The notes: generated by a model from the letters alone, not told the origin. DNA of 64,000 bases from Polyangiaceae bacterium (GCA_050287085.1 JBNKBE010000008.1:183798-247797); one strand, 5' to 3'. Positions 30,977-41,791 are shown, numbered from the stretch's first letter. A program made the numbers and translations.

Positions 30977-32440
30977 ATGACGGTGGAGGACGCCTTCGAG
31001 CTCTGCGGCACGACGCTGGCAGGCTCATATCATGTTGAGGTCGCGGTTGCCGAAGGCGGATTTGGCCTGGTGTACCGCGCGCACCACACGGGGTTCAGAG
31101 CTCAGGTGGCGCTGAAGTGTCTCAAAGTGCCTCAGACTCTATCCGAGGCGCAGCGCGTGCAGTTTCGAGCCCAATTCCAGAGTGAAGCGGAGCTGCTCTA
31201 CCGCTTGTCGTCACTCACCGCGAACGTGGTGCGCCCGCTGCACATCGACGCGATCACTGCGCCCAACGGGGACTTCATGCCATTCCTGGTGATGGAGTGG
31301 CTTGAGGGCTGTACTCTTGATCAGTATGTGCGCCAGCAGCAGCTTCCGGAGGAGGCGCGAGCTCGGCTTCAGTATCTCGTGAAGCTCCTGGGGCCCATCG
31401 CCAGTGCACTCTCCCTCGCGCACCACTTCCCCGACCAGGCAGGCGAAGTCTGTATCACCCATCGCGACATCAAGCCGGAGAATATCTTCGTAGTTACTGC
31501 CGGTGGTGGGCGACTGCTCAAGCTGTTGGACTTTGGCATCGCTAAAGCTCGCTCCAGTGCGAGTCAAGCGGTGGGCGCGCGCACGCAGGGGACCAACGAC
31601 CTGGGGGCTTTCTCTCCGGCTTATGCCGCCGCTGAGCAGTGGTACCCCAGCCGATTCGGGCAGAGCGGCGCCTGGACGGACGTGTGGGGCTTGGCCGTGT
31701 CCGTGCTGGAGCTGCTCTGCGGGCAGTCGCCCTTCACCGGTGAGCCCGCGGAATTGATGGCGCAAGCGCTGGACGTAGAGAGAAGGCCGGTCCCGTCGTC
31801 GCTGGGGGTTGACCTAGGAGCCGCCTGTGACGCGGTCTTTCGCAAGGCGTTGGCGGTTGACCCACGCCGTCGCTACACCGACGTGGGCGAGTTTTGGGAG
31901 CAGCTGGAGGCCAGCGCGGTCGGCGTGGCCAAGGCTGAGCATTCCGCTGCTTTGCCTGCTTCGGTGGGTTCGCCCGTGGCCCCCGGGCGCCCCTCCGAAC
32001 TGGACTTCGAGGATGTCGAGTCGCTTCCGCCGGTCGCGTTGTCGCCCCCGGTCGCGCTGTCGCCCGCCACGCCGTCTTCCTTGGCGCAGTCGTCGCCCCG
32101 CCGTCTGCCACTGCAGGACGCCCACGAGCGTCGCGCACTGGAGGAGCAGCGGGTGCCCGCGTCTGCTCCGCGTTTTCAGCGGGTGGTTTCGCTGCGCCCG
32201 GCCGCTGCGTTGTGGTGGCACGCGACGCTGGTTCCCGCTGCGATCGTCTTGGCCGCGCTGCTGCTTTCCATTGCGGGCGAACACTATGCGAGTCGCAGCG
32301 GACGGGTGTTTGACGTATTCGGTGTGCCGCTGAATACTGTGTGTGCAGTCCTGGCGTTGTCCGCGGGGCTGGTGGGGGTGTTCAACGCATTGCGCCGGGG
32401 ACCTACGGGCGCGCGCCTTTATGGGGAACCCGAGGGCTAG
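30977..32440 (+). CDS. Membrane-anchored Hanks-type Ser/Thr protein kinase
   Basis: 'EGGFGLVY', 'VALK', 'HRDIKPEN', 'DFG', 'SPAYAAAEQ', 'DVWGL'; two C-terminal TM segments. Confidence 0.92.
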   Translation: MTVEDAFELCGTTLAGSYHVEVAVAEGGFGLVYRAHHTGFRAQVALKCLKVPQTLSEAQRVQFRAQFQSEAELLYRLSSLTANVVRPLHIDAITAPNGDFMPFLVMEWLEGCTLDQYVRQQQLPEEARARLQYLVKLLGPIASALSLAHHFPDQAGEVCITHRDIKPENIFVVTAGGGRLLKLLDFGIAKARSSASQAVGARTQGTNDLGAFSPAYAAAEQWYPSRFGQSGAWTDVWGLAVSVLELLCGQSPFTGEPAELMAQALDVERRPVPSSLGVDLGAACDAVFRKALAVDPRRRYTDVGEFWEQLEASAVGVAKAEHSAALPASVGSPVAPGRPSELDFEDVESLPPVALSPPVALSPATPSSLAQSSPRRLPLQDAHERRALEEQRVPASAPRFQRVVSLRPAAALWWHATLVPAAIVLAALLLSIAGEHYASRSGRVFDVFGVPLNTVCAVLALSAGLVGVFNALRRGPTGARLYGEPEG

Positions 32441-32443
32441 AAG

Positions 32444-32552
32444 GGCCAGGGCCCGCAGATGGGAAAGCTATACCACGCCGGCCGAGCCTATTGCTCCCGT
32501 GGCCGGTCTCGACCGGCTCGCGACTGGCTTTCCGATTCGCGGACCCTTAGCC
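32444..32552. repeat. Dispersed palindromic element, copy A
   Basis: Arms agggcccgcagatgggaaagcta / tggctttccgattcgcggaccct; homologous to 41792-41918 and 59463-59511. Confidence 0.85.
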
Positions 32553-32731
32553 GACCGAGCACAGCGCCGGTACCCAGGCGATGGAGAAATAAATTCGGTT
32601 GAAACTCCGGGTACACCAGGTTCACAATTCGGCGGTCCTGCCGTTGTAGTTAGGGGGAAACGATGGAAGCCGGTCAGTTATATCAGCCAGTGGGGGAGCG
32701 TTTTCAGCCTATGAGCGCGCGGCGTGGGGAG

Positions 32732-33124
32732 ATGGAACGAGTGCTGATCTGTGACGACGAAGCGCGACTCGGAGCCCTCACTGCGGGGCTGCTGTCCGAG
32801 TTTGGTTTTCAGCCGACAGCGGTTGCCGGAGGCGACGAAGCGCTGGAGTTGTTGCGGACAGGGGGCGGCGGCGCGATGAGCGTCGTCTTGTTGGACGTCA
32901 ATCTAGCCAGCGGACCGAGCGCGACAGAAGTGTTGGAGCGTATGGACGCAGAAGGCTTTTCGCTGCCGGTTGTGCTCACCAGCGGGTTTGCACTGGAAGA
33001 CGTTCCGAGGGCGTTGATCGAACACCACAGCGTCGCGAGTTATCTCGCGAAACCCTACACCGTCGAACAGCTGGTGGCGGCCATTGCGGGTGCTGCGACA
33101 GCCCGAGTCTCCGACGCAACCTAG
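32732..33124 (+). CDS. Single-domain response regulator (receiver)
   Basis: 'VLICDDE', phospho-Asp 'LLDVNL', 'VLTSG', 'LAKPY'; GGAG RBS. Confidence 0.9.
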   Translation: MERVLICDDEARLGALTAGLLSEFGFQPTAVAGGDEALELLRTGGGGAMSVVLLDVNLASGPSATEVLERMDAEGFSLPVVLTSGFALEDVPRALIEHHSVASYLAKPYTVEQLVAAIAGAATARVSDAT

Positions 33125-33192
33125 CGACCGCGACGCACGTTGCGACCGCGAAACACGTTGCGACCGCGACGCGCGTTGCGACCGCGACGCGC
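33124..33192. repeat. Intergenic 18-bp tandem repeat (gcgaccgcgacgcacgtt x~4)
   Basis: Begins at the last base of the response-regulator stop codon. Confidence 0.9.
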
Positions 33193-33314
33193 CCAATGAC
33201 AGCGACGCAACGTGGTGACTCCGCCGCAGCCTAGTGCCTGTGGTGGAAGACCTCGGAGCCGTTGTTTGGGGGCTAGTTCTGGTCTCACGCGCCCCAGAGC
33301 GCTAAGACTGCGGT

Positions 33315-34664
33315 ATGAGTGCTAGCGATTTGGTTGCGCGCTTGCGCGAAGAAGGGGTGTCGCGCGCAAAGCTGGGGGGCGTGGATATCGACGGCGTCGT
33401 TCGAGGAAAGTACATTTCTCTCGATAAATTGGAGTCAGCACTCACAAAGGGCTTCGGCTTCTGTGATGTCATATTCGGTTGGGACATCGAGGACCGACTC
33501 TACGACAACGCGGCGGTCACCGGCTGGAATACGGGCTTTCCCGATGCGCTGGCCATCATCGACCCGGACACTTTGCGTCGGCTTCCTTGGGAGCCAGGTG
33601 TTGTCGCATTTCTCTGCGACTTTCGCCTGCCCTCGGGCAAAGCCCATCCCGCTTGCCCGCGCTCACTCTTGCGCTCGGTGTTGCGCCGGCTCGAAAAGGC
33701 GGGCTTCGAGGCGCAGATGGGTGTCGAGTTCGAGTTCTTCTTCTTCAAAGAAGATCGCGATTCGCTGAGGGAAAAGGGCTTTCGCGCTTTGAAGCCACTC
33801 GACTCTGGAATGTTTGGCTATAGCTGGCTGCGAACGGGTCAGGACGCAGAGCTCGTCGCCGATATTTGGACCACCTGCGAAGCGTTTGGGGTCGCGCTCG
33901 AGGGGCTGCATACCGAGACGGGCGCCGGGGTGTACGAAGCGGCGATTGCGCACAATACGGCGCTTGCTGCGGCGGACCAAGCGGTGCTGTTCAAGACGGT
34001 GGTTCGGCAGGTGGCGGCTCGGCACGGTATCAGCGTTACGTTCATGGCGAAGGTGCACGAGGACTTGCCCGGGAGCAGTGGGCATATTCATCAGAGCTTG
34101 TGGGCCCAGGGCAAGAACGTATTCTACGATGGTCGGGCACGACACGGCATGTCAGCGCTCATGCGTGCGTTCGTCGCAGGGCAACATGCGCTGCTTGGCG
34201 ATTGGACCGCGTTGTACAACCCTACCATCAACAGCTACCGTCGTTTCGTGCCCGGGTTGTGGGCGCCACTCGTGGCGTCTTGGGGCGTAGAGAATCGGAC
34301 GTGTTCGTTGCGCATCGTCGGCCCCGGAAGCGCCTCCGCCTTGCGCGTGGAGCTGCGGCAGACGGCCGCGGACATCAACCCATACATCGCTATGGCGGCC
34401 GCGCTTGCCTCTGGCTTGTACGGCATTGAGCAGGGGCTCGAGCTTCCGCCCGAAACGACAGGCGACGCTGGCGAAGGCGGTGCCTGGGCTGTCCCCCTCA
34501 GTTTGGCAGAGGCAACCGCGCGCTTGGCTAGCAGTGGACCGGCTCGTCGCTGTCTCGGCAAGTCCTTCGTCGAACACTACGTGACTACGCGGCAGTGGGA
34601 GGTTCGTCAGGCGCAACGCGCCGTCACCGATTGGGAACGGCAGCGCTACTTTGAAAACATCTAG
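33315..34664 (+). CDS. Glutamine-synthetase-family gamma-glutamyl ligase (PuuA/GlnA3-4-like)
   Basis: 'DIDGVVRGK', 'GVEFEF', 'HTETGAGVYE', 'FMAK...GSSGHIHQSL', 'WGVENRT', 'ADINPY'; lacks the GSI-specific ammonium-site context. Confidence 0.85.
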   Translation: MSASDLVARLREEGVSRAKLGGVDIDGVVRGKYISLDKLESALTKGFGFCDVIFGWDIEDRLYDNAAVTGWNTGFPDALAIIDPDTLRRLPWEPGVVAFLCDFRLPSGKAHPACPRSLLRSVLRRLEKAGFEAQMGVEFEFFFFKEDRDSLREKGFRALKPLDSGMFGYSWLRTGQDAELVADIWTTCEAFGVALEGLHTETGAGVYEAAIAHNTALAAADQAVLFKTVVRQVAARHGISVTFMAKVHEDLPGSSGHIHQSLWAQGKNVFYDGRARHGMSALMRAFVAGQHALLGDWTALYNPTINSYRRFVPGLWAPLVASWGVENRTCSLRIVGPGSASALRVELRQTAADINPYIAMAAALASGLYGIEQGLELPPETTGDAGEGGAWAVPLSLAEATARLASSGPARRCLGKSFVEHYVTTRQWEVRQAQRAVTDWERQRYFENI

Positions 34665-34797
34665 GGGGTAGCGCCCTGGCAATCCGCCTGAGTCGCGGCT
34701 GATTTGCCTGGGCTGGCACGCATTTGTGTTGCAGCCTGCCGAGCGTGCATGAATAGAGGGTGTTGCACTACGAGGCCGGCTCAAGACTCTGAGGATT

Positions 34798-35928
34798 GTG
34801 GCGATGATTTGGAACTACCCAACCCGTGTTCGCTTTGAAAATGGGGGCATCGAGACGCTACCCGCCGAGTTGCGTCTACTGGGTGCGACTCGAGTTCTGG
34901 TAGTCGTGGATGAACACCTTCCCGCCGCTCTGAGCGCTCGCGTGCTCGACGTGCTTCGTTCAGGGGACCTTCAGGTTGAGCTCTTTTCTGGAGTAAGGGC
35001 GAATCCACTGGAGGGCGACGCAGCGGCCGGGGCGGAGGCTTTTCGCCGCGCGGGTGCGGACGCCATCGTCGGCTTGGGTGGGGGTTCGGCGCTCGATGCG
35101 GCGAAGCTCATCGCGGTGCGTCTTGCTAGCGAGCTGCCCTTTTCGCAGCTGGATGATGCGCTCGGGGGCGATGCGCTCATCCCCGAGTCACTGGTTCCTA
35201 TCGTTGCGGTGCCCACCACGGCTGGCACCGGCAGCGAGGTGGGTCGAGCGGCGGTGGTGACTGCGGCGGACACCGGCCGAAAGACGGTCATCTTTCATCC
35301 GCGACTCATGCCGCGGCTGGCTTTGTTGGATCCAGAACTGACGCTGGGTCTGCCGCCCGGGCTCACCGCGGCAACGGGGTACGATGCCTTGACGCACAAT
35401 CTGGAGGCGCTGGTGGCTCTGGGCGATCATCCAATGGCGGACGGGATTGCCTTGGAAGCGCTGCGGCTCGTCGGGCGTTTCTTGGTCTCGGCCACCCAGG
35501 AACCAACGCTATTGCCCGCACGGGGCGCGATGATGAAAGCCGCGATGATGGGGGCGGTGGCGTTTCAGAAGGGGCTGGGCGCCTGCCACTCGCTGGCACA
35601 TCCGCTGGGAAGCGAACTCGGCCTCCATCACGGCCTTGCCAATGCGTTGTGTTTGCCCGCGGTCGTCGACTTCAATCAAGCGCTTTGCCAGGAGCCCTAT
35701 GCCCGTGCAGCAGAGGCACTTGGCTTTGCCCACGACGTGCCGCTGGCTGAAGGACTGCGTCAGTTCCGGGCCGAACTCGGCCTGCCTTCAGGCCTCGCGG
35801 CGGTTGGGGTCACGCGGGAGCAGCTGCCCACGATCGCCGCGCTGGCTCTGCAGGATGGCTGTCACCAGCAGAATCCCAGAACCTGCACCGAAGCGGATCT
35901 TCATGGTCTTTTGGTCGCTTCTCTTTAG
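34798..35928 (+). CDS. Iron-containing alcohol dehydrogenase
   Basis: 'GGGSALDAAK', 'PTTAGTGSEV', 'DALTHNLE', 'HSLAH...HHGLAN'. Confidence 0.93.
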   Translation: MAMIWNYPTRVRFENGGIETLPAELRLLGATRVLVVVDEHLPAALSARVLDVLRSGDLQVELFSGVRANPLEGDAAAGAEAFRRAGADAIVGLGGGSALDAAKLIAVRLASELPFSQLDDALGGDALIPESLVPIVAVPTTAGTGSEVGRAAVVTAADTGRKTVIFHPRLMPRLALLDPELTLGLPPGLTAATGYDALTHNLEALVALGDHPMADGIALEALRLVGRFLVSATQEPTLLPARGAMMKAAMMGAVAFQKGLGACHSLAHPLGSELGLHHGLANALCLPAVVDFNQALCQEPYARAAEALGFAHDVPLAEGLRQFRAELGLPSGLAAVGVTREQLPTIAALALQDGCHQQNPRTCTEADLHGLLVASL

Positions 35929-35986
35929 CCTTCCCACGACTACGCGAAGTGCAATTGTTGGTGGCGCATAAGCGACAAGCATCCGG

Positions 35987-37105
35987 TTGGCTCAGTGGTG
36001 GCGCTCGCGTCGTGACGGTGAAGCTGCGAGCGCTCAGGGGAGCTGCGAGGAGAGCCTGGTGCCGCCGATAGCGGAACGGGAGGCTATCGCGTTGCTGCGC
36101 GCCGTGCTGGATGTTCCGACAAGCGCCTTTGACGTCGGAAATGGAGACGACGCCGCCGTTTTCCACGCGCGCGGACAGCTTGTGTGGTCGGTGGATGATT
36201 CGGTGGAAGGGCGTCACTTCAAGCGCCACTGGTTATCGTGGGCAGACGTTGGGTGGCGCGCGACCCACGCGGCGGCAAGCGATCTGGTCGCCATGGGCGC
36301 GCGGCCCCTAGCGGGACTGTGCAGCCTCCAGCTGCCGGAGGGCTTCACGCGCCCGGAGCTGCGACAGCTCGCTCGCGGTCAACGAAGTGCGAGCGACGCC
36401 CTGGAGTTGCCGATCGTCGGTGGCAACATCACGGGCGGAGACGTCCTCCGCCTCACAACCAGCGTCTTGGGACGCACCAAGCGGCCCTGGCTTCGCGGGG
36501 GCGGTCAGGTGGGGGACGGGATTTGGCACTTCGGGCCCCTTGGAAGCGCCGGTGCTGGGCTTCGTATTCTATCGCGGGGGCTTCGAGCCCCGAGAGGATT
36601 GGGCGCCAGCTATGAAGCCTGTGTGGCTGGCTTTCGACGCCCTTGTGCTCAACTGCAGGCGCTTCAGGGTTTGCAGCGTCGGATGGTACATGCGGCCATC
36701 GACATTTCCGATGGGCTCGCAGCTGATCTGCAGCACATTGCGGAGGCTTCTCACCTTGAGCTCCGACTTGATCCGCGGGCGCTGGCCGACGCCGTGCCGG
36801 AAAGTGTGTCTCGCTGCCTCGCCGTCTGGGGAGAAGAGCCCTTGGCATTTGTGCTCGGCTCCGGGGAGGACTACGGACTTGTCGTCTTGTCGCCCCGAAA
36901 CTTGGCCCCCGTCGGGGGACGTTGGCTAGGTCAGGCGGGGCCCTGCACCACGCGACATGGTCGTGTGCTGTGCCAAGATCGGATCGTGAGCGCGGGTTTC
37001 CAGCATGGTGTGGCCCCGACCCCGCGAGCACGGGGCCGGGGTGGCCCTAGGAGCGCAGGTTTGCTGGGCGCTACTTGCAGGCTGCGGGCACGCCCGCACC
37101 CTTGA
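35987..37105 (+). CDS. thiL: Thiamine-monophosphate kinase
   Basis: 'GDDAA', 'EGRHF', 'SDLVAMGA', 'VGGNIT', 'IDISDGL', 'GEDYGL'; start uncertain (possibly GTG near 36059). Confidence 0.88.
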   Translation: MAQWWRSRRDGEAASAQGSCEESLVPPIAEREAIALLRAVLDVPTSAFDVGNGDDAAVFHARGQLVWSVDDSVEGRHFKRHWLSWADVGWRATHAAASDLVAMGARPLAGLCSLQLPEGFTRPELRQLARGQRSASDALELPIVGGNITGGDVLRLTTSVLGRTKRPWLRGGGQVGDGIWHFGPLGSAGAGLRILSRGLRAPRGLGASYEACVAGFRRPCAQLQALQGLQRRMVHAAIDISDGLAADLQHIAEASHLELRLDPRALADAVPESVSRCLAVWGEEPLAFVLGSGEDYGLVVLSPRNLAPVGGRWLGQAGPCTTRHGRVLCQDRIVSAGFQHGVAPTPRARGRGGPRSAGLLGATCRLRARPHP

Positions 37106-37550
37106 GCATACCGCTGAGTCCCGACAGGAACGTCTTGGCGCCAGCGTTGGTGTTCGCAGCGCCGCAAGCGCTGGCTGCAAACTGCATGTAGCCCTTGGTG
37201 GGCTCTGGTGCATTGGCTGCGTTTTGTTTCAGCGCAGCGCAGCAGGCTGAAAGCGGTCCGGACGAGCGGTGCCCTCCCGTCTTCGGAGCCTCTTCTTCCT
37301 CTTCCTCTTCTTCTTCCTCAACCGGCAACACGAGCGTCGACGGTGTCGCTGCGGGCTTTGCCTCGGGCAGGGGAGGGGGTGGATCGTTGTTTTGGTTGCA
37401 CGCTGGCAGCAACAAGCCCGCGGCCACCACGACAGCGGCGCTCTTCAGCAGAGCACTGCTCAATAGCGCCCCACCGGTTCGCATTTGCCCCAGAGTCGAT
37501 TCGCCGGATCCCACTTCAATCATTCTTTGCATGGCTTTTCTTCCGCTCAC
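37071..37550 (-). CDS. Hypothetical lipoprotein with poly-Glu tract and C-terminal Cys-containing helical domain
   Basis: Lipobox 'LPAC', PPPP and E9 tracts, 'ACCAAL...AC...PAACK'. Confidence 0.75.
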   Translation of the reverse strand: MSGRKAMQRMIEVGSGESTLGQMRTGGALLSSALLKSAAVVVAAGLLLPACNQNNDPPPPLPEAKPAATPSTLVLPVEEEEEEEEEEAPKTGGHRSSGPLSACCAALKQNAANAPEPTKGYMQFAASACGAANTNAGAKTFLSGLSGMLKGAGVPAACK

Positions 37551-37794
37551 TTCTTGGGTGGTGCACGGTTGAACGCGTGCGCCGTCATGGCTATCGGGGG
37601 CATCCGGCGGGGCCCGATCCCCTCGACACCGGTTCTCTTTTTAGCGGAGCCGTCTCCAAGGGGACAGATTTTTCAAGAGATTTACTGGCGTCGGCGAGGC
37701 GGGCCCGACTCCGCGAAGGAAGGTTCCGTCGCGTTTCGCCGGAGTGCGGGCCAAGACAGCGGACGCCGCTTGTAACGAGGGCCCCCCGGGTCGC

Positions 37795-40700
37795 TCAGCT
37801 GCAGCCCATCGAGTTGCCGCAGTTCAGGCATTTGTAGCAAGCACCGTTGCGCACGGTGATGTGCCCGCAGCCGTCGCAGACCGGCGCGTCACCCATCAAC
37901 TCTTCCAAGTGGGCACCGAGGGCGCCGTGCTCTCCAAATTCAGCCGTGCTTGGAGCCGCGGGGGAGGGTGGGGCCGTCTGAACCTGCTGGGCCAGGCTGT
38001 TGCTAGTCGGATCATCGATCACGGGCACGTCATCGGGCTCCGGCTTGACCTGCGCAAAGTCGTAGCGCTTGAGGTATTCCACTCCGAGCACGCGGAACAG
38101 ATAATCCATGATCGACGTTGCGAACTTGATATTGGGATGACCCGAAACCGGACCATGGGGTTCGAAACGCGTGAACGTGAACTGGTCTACATAGGTCTCC
38201 AACGGAACGCCATATTGCAGCCCCACCGAGACAGCCATTGCAAAGCAGTTCATGAGTGAGCGGAAGGCGGCTCCCTCCTTGTGCATGTCGACGAAGATCT
38301 CGCCGAGCGTCCCGTCTTCGTACTCACCGGTGCGAAGAAACACCTTGTGGCCCCCCACGCGAGCTTCTTGCGTGAAGCCTCCACGCTTATGGGGCAAGCG
38401 AACCCGTGTCCCGATGGGGCGACGAGAAGTCTGCTTCGCTGCAACGAGCGCCTCGGTGGGCTCTGCGCTCGTCTCTTCCTTCTCTTCGGCGGCACTTGAA
38501 GACAAAGGCTGCGAGGCTTTGCAGCCGTCGCGATACAACGCCACCGCCTTCAGCCCCAGCTTCCAGCCTTCTTCATAGATATGCTTGACGTCTTCGACGG
38601 TCGCATCGTTCGGCAGATTTACGGTCTTGCTAATAGCGCCGGAGAGGAAGGGCTGTGCCGCCGCCATCATCTTGATGTGGGCCAGCGGCGCCAGATAGCG
38701 TTGTCCGGTCTTGCCGCAGCGATTGGCGCAGTCGAAAACGGCGTAGTGGCGTGCCTCGAGGTAGGGGGCGCCCTCGATTGTCATGCGACCGACGATGGTA
38801 TCGTTAGCGGTATCGATCTGGCTCTTCGAGAACCCGAGATGACGCAGCAGGCTAAACCCCGGTGTGGCCATCTTCTCGGCTGTAATGCCGAGCCGCTCAT
38901 AGGTGTGCGAGCCCAAAATCCAGGGAGCAAAGGCCAGCGATAGTTCGAATACGCCAGGAAGTGCTCGCTCGATCTTGTTGAGATCCTCATCGGTCAATCC
39001 GGCTTTTCCGAGCGAAGCGCGATTGATTTCGGGGGCACCAAGCAGCGTGTTGGTTCCGGATACATAGGCGACGATTTCTTGAATCTGCACCTCGCTGTAT
39101 CCGAGTCGTCGCAGCGCCTCGGGCACGCTCTGGTTGACGATCTTGAAGTATCCCCCTCCAGCGAGCTTCTTGAACTTCACCAATGCGAAATCGGGCTCAA
39201 TACCGGTGGTGTCACAGTCCATCAGCAAGCCAATGGTACCGGTGGGGGCAAGCACTGTTGCCTGCGCATTGCGATAACCGTATTCCTCGCCCAAGTTGAC
39301 GACGTCGTTCCAGTCCTCAACGGCGGCGCGCCAAAGCGCTTCCGGACAGCGATCGCGGTCGATGGCATAGGCCGCTTCCTGATGGCGCCGCATTACGCGC
39401 AGCATCGGTTCGCGGTTCTGAGCGTAGCCGGCGAAGGTGCCTTTGCTCTTGGCGAGCAGCGCGCTCGTCCGATAGGCGCGACCGCATAGGATGGCTGTCA
39501 GCGCGCTGGCCATAGCGCGTCCGGAATCCGAGTCGTAGGGGATCCCTTGCAACATCAACAGCGTTCCGAGATTGGCGTAGCCCAGGCCGAGAGGACGGTA
39601 GTCGTGGCTATTTTTGGCAATGCGCGCCGTCGGGTAACTTGAAAGATCGACCAGGATTTCCTGGGCGGTGAGGAAGAGCTCGCAAGCGTGCCGATAGCCC
39701 TCGATATCAAACCGACCTTCCGCGTCCAGAAACTTGGTCAAGTTGATGGACGCGAGGTTGCAGGCCGAATCGTCGAGAAACATGTATTCGGAGCACGGGT
39801 TCGATGCGTTGATCCGATTCGTGTTGGGGCAGGTATGCCAGCTGTTTATCGTCGTATCGTATTGTACGCCGGGATCGGCACAGGTCCACGCGGCACCCGC
39901 GACCTTGGCCCATAGCTCTGCCGCATCCAATGTGTCCACGCACTCGCCCGTGGTACGAGAGCGGGTCTCCCAAGTGCCGCCCGTAAGCGCGGCCTTCATG
40001 AAGTCGTCGGTGACGCGGACGGAGTTGTTCGAGTTCTGACCGCTGACTGTTCGATACGCTTCACCGTTGAAGTCGCTCTCGAACCCCGCTTGGATCAGCG
40101 CCAGCGCCTTCTTCTCTTCGCGGACCTTCCACTCGATGAAGCTCTCGATCTCCGGATGGTCCATGTCGAGACAGACCATCTTAGCCGCGCGGCGAGTCGT
40201 GCCGCCACTCTTGGTAGCCCCCGCCGCCCGGTCGAAGACTTCGAGAAAGCTCATCAAGCCACTCGAAGTGCCTCCGCCCGATAGCTTCTCCTGGCGACCT
40301 CGGATCGCACTGAAGTTGCTGCCCGTTCCGGAGCCGTACTTGAATAGACGCGCTTCATTGCGCACCAATTCGTAGATCCCCATCAGGTCGTCGTCGACTG
40401 ACTGGATGAAGCAGGCTGAACACTGCGGTCGCTGGTAGGCATTGGCGACTTCACCCACCTCACCGGCGTCGAAGTTCCACGCCCAATTGCCGCCGCTGCC
40501 TTCGATCTGGTACTCGTGGTACAGGCCGCAGTTGAACCAAACGGGTGAATTGAACGCGCCGTATTGATGGATCAACAAGTAGGTGAGTTCCTGCTCGAAG
40601 GACTCAGCCGATTCCGCATCGGCGAAGTAACCGCCGAAGTCTTCCCCTGCGCGGCGAATGGTGTGTGCCACGCGGTGAACGACCTGACGCGCGCTGCGCT

Positions 40701-41067
40701 CCCCTTGGTTTGCGTCGCCGTACAAGCCCGCCTTGCGGAAGTACTTGGATACGATGATGTCGGTGGCGAGTTGGGACCAGCCCGCCGGCACTTCAGCACC
40801 CTCCAGACGAAATACCACCGACCCGTCCGGATTGGTGATGGTGGAGGTACGGCGCTCCCACACCATGTTGTCAAAGGGCGAACAGCCCTTGCTCGTGAAG
40901 CGTCGTTCCACCGTCAAGCCCTGACCTTGGGTGGACGGCGCCGTGGCCTTCTGGGGGACGGCTTCGGAGGTCGACGCTGCAGAGGCGGCTGCTTTTGCGG
41001 ACTCCGTCGCCTTCTGAGCGGGATCGCGATCTTTTTCGGTGGAAGAGACGGTGACGGACTGTGACAT
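37795..41067 (-). CDS. nrdJ: Class II (adenosylcobalamin-dependent) ribonucleotide reductase
   Basis: 'FNSPVWFN', 'PQCSACFI', 'TTRRAAKM', 'ASNPCSEY', 'APTGTI', 'SKTVN', TSCPD-like domain and C-terminal CxxC..CxxCxxC..C; AAGGGG RBS. Confidence 0.96.
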   Translation of the reverse strand: MSQSVTVSSTEKDRDPAQKATESAKAAASAASTSEAVPQKATAPSTQGQGLTVERRFTSKGCSPFDNMVWERRTSTITNPDGSVVFRLEGAEVPAGWSQLATDIIVSKYFRKAGLYGDANQGERSARQVVHRVAHTIRRAGEDFGGYFADAESAESFEQELTYLLIHQYGAFNSPVWFNCGLYHEYQIEGSGGNWAWNFDAGEVGEVANAYQRPQCSACFIQSVDDDLMGIYELVRNEARLFKYGSGTGSNFSAIRGRQEKLSGGGTSSGLMSFLEVFDRAAGATKSGGTTRRAAKMVCLDMDHPEIESFIEWKVREEKKALALIQAGFESDFNGEAYRTVSGQNSNNSVRVTDDFMKAALTGGTWETRSRTTGECVDTLDAAELWAKVAGAAWTCADPGVQYDTTINSWHTCPNTNRINASNPCSEYMFLDDSACNLASINLTKFLDAEGRFDIEGYRHACELFLTAQEILVDLSSYPTARIAKNSHDYRPLGLGYANLGTLLMLQGIPYDSDSGRAMASALTAILCGRAYRTSALLAKSKGTFAGYAQNREPMLRVMRRHQEAAYAIDRDRCPEALWRAAVEDWNDVVNLGEEYGYRNAQATVLAPTGTIGLLMDCDTTGIEPDFALVKFKKLAGGGYFKIVNQSVPEALRRLGYSEVQIQEIVAYVSGTNTLLGAPEINRASLGKAGLTDEDLNKIERALPGVFELSLAFAPWILGSHTYERLGITAEKMATPGFSLLRHLGFSKSQIDTANDTIVGRMTIEGAPYLEARHYAVFDCANRCGKTGQRYLAPLAHIKMMAAAQPFLSGAISKTVNLPNDATVEDVKHIYEEGWKLGLKAVALYRDGCKASQPLSSSAAEEKEETSAEPTEALVAAKQTSRRPIGTRVRLPHKRGGFTQEARVGGHKVFLRTGEYEDGTLGEIFVDMHKEGAAFRSLMNCFAMAVSVGLQYGVPLETYVDQFTFTRFEPHGPVSGHPNIKFATSIMDYLFRVLGVEYLKRYDFAQVKPEPDDVPVIDDPTSNSLAQQVQTAPPSPAAPSTAEFGEHGALGAHLEELMGDAPVCDGCGHITVRNGACYKCLNCGNSMGCS

Positions 41068-41496
41068 GTTGGATCCCCTTCTGACTGCGTTCGACTGATG
41101 TTGATTGGAGCAGGCACGGGAGGGAGTCCGCTACGCGAAGCGACTCCCTCTACGAACCCAGCGCGATTCAAGGTTGTGCTGCTGTCGGCGGTACCGGTGC
41201 GGACAGCTTCGATGTGGCGCCAGCCCAAGGTCTGCGTGTGAGCTTGAGCTGCCAACGCGACGCACCCGGCATTTCCACGCGAGGCGTCCGCACCGCCGCT
41301 GGCGGTGCGGCGCCGGGCCAGAGCCTGTACGCGGGCCAGGTCCCACAAGCGGGAGAGGTCCTGTACAAGTGACACCTGCGCGGAATTCCACTGGACACTT
41401 TGCGCCTGCTCATCTCGATATCTGGCTACCTAAAAAGCTGAACAAGCGAAGACTTCATGCGCTGAACGACCGCTCAGCGAAGAGGGGCCCTTGTAC

Positions 41497-41541
41497 CCCA
41501 ACAGATAGGGGTGTAGCAATTAAAAACCCCAAGTGCTTGGG
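41497..41541. promoter_or_regulatory. Tandem NrdR boxes upstream of nrdJ
   Basis: CCCAACAGATAGGG (41497-41510) and CCCAAGTGCTTGGG (41528-41541) match the CnCwA-n4-TwGnG core; 31-bp spacing is typical of NrdR box pairs. Confidence 0.75.
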
Positions 41542-41791
41542 TAGAGAGCAGGATCCCGGCACGCCCCCCTAAGCAAATCCACAGTATTTCCACCTACCTT
41601 CAGTACTGAACAGCCTACTCCCAAGCTTGCCCACGCCCTTGTCCACAGAACAGTCACACTGAACTTATGGGTAGCCGCTGGTCAACCTGAGCTAGTAGCG
41701 CTGACTCGGAAGCGCCGAGTCGGCGTCAGCGAGGGGGCTTTGCACAAACGAGCACACGGTCGCGCGGCACGCGGTGTCCTCGCGGCGCAGG

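Noticed and set aside
34713..34732. Sigma54 promoter (TGGCACG...) upstream of the Fe-ADH gene
   Set aside because: The -12 GC is not at the required GG-N10-GC spacing.
37795..41067. Intein or intron in nrdJ (or dnaE)
   Set aside because: Lengths are normal for the families, the catalytic motifs are contiguous, and no C...HN-C/S/T splice junctions or LAGLIDADG motifs were seen.
41068..41480. Cobalamin riboswitch upstream of B12-dependent nrdJ
   Set aside because: I could not find the conserved B12-box/GCCACTG/GGGAAG elements on the minus strand by eye; an Rfam scan is needed to exclude it formally.
41400..41760. Replication origin in the AT-rich intergenic region
   Set aside because: No dnaA/dnaN/gidA context, no perfect DnaA box and no clear unwinding element; better explained as the nrdJ regulatory region.
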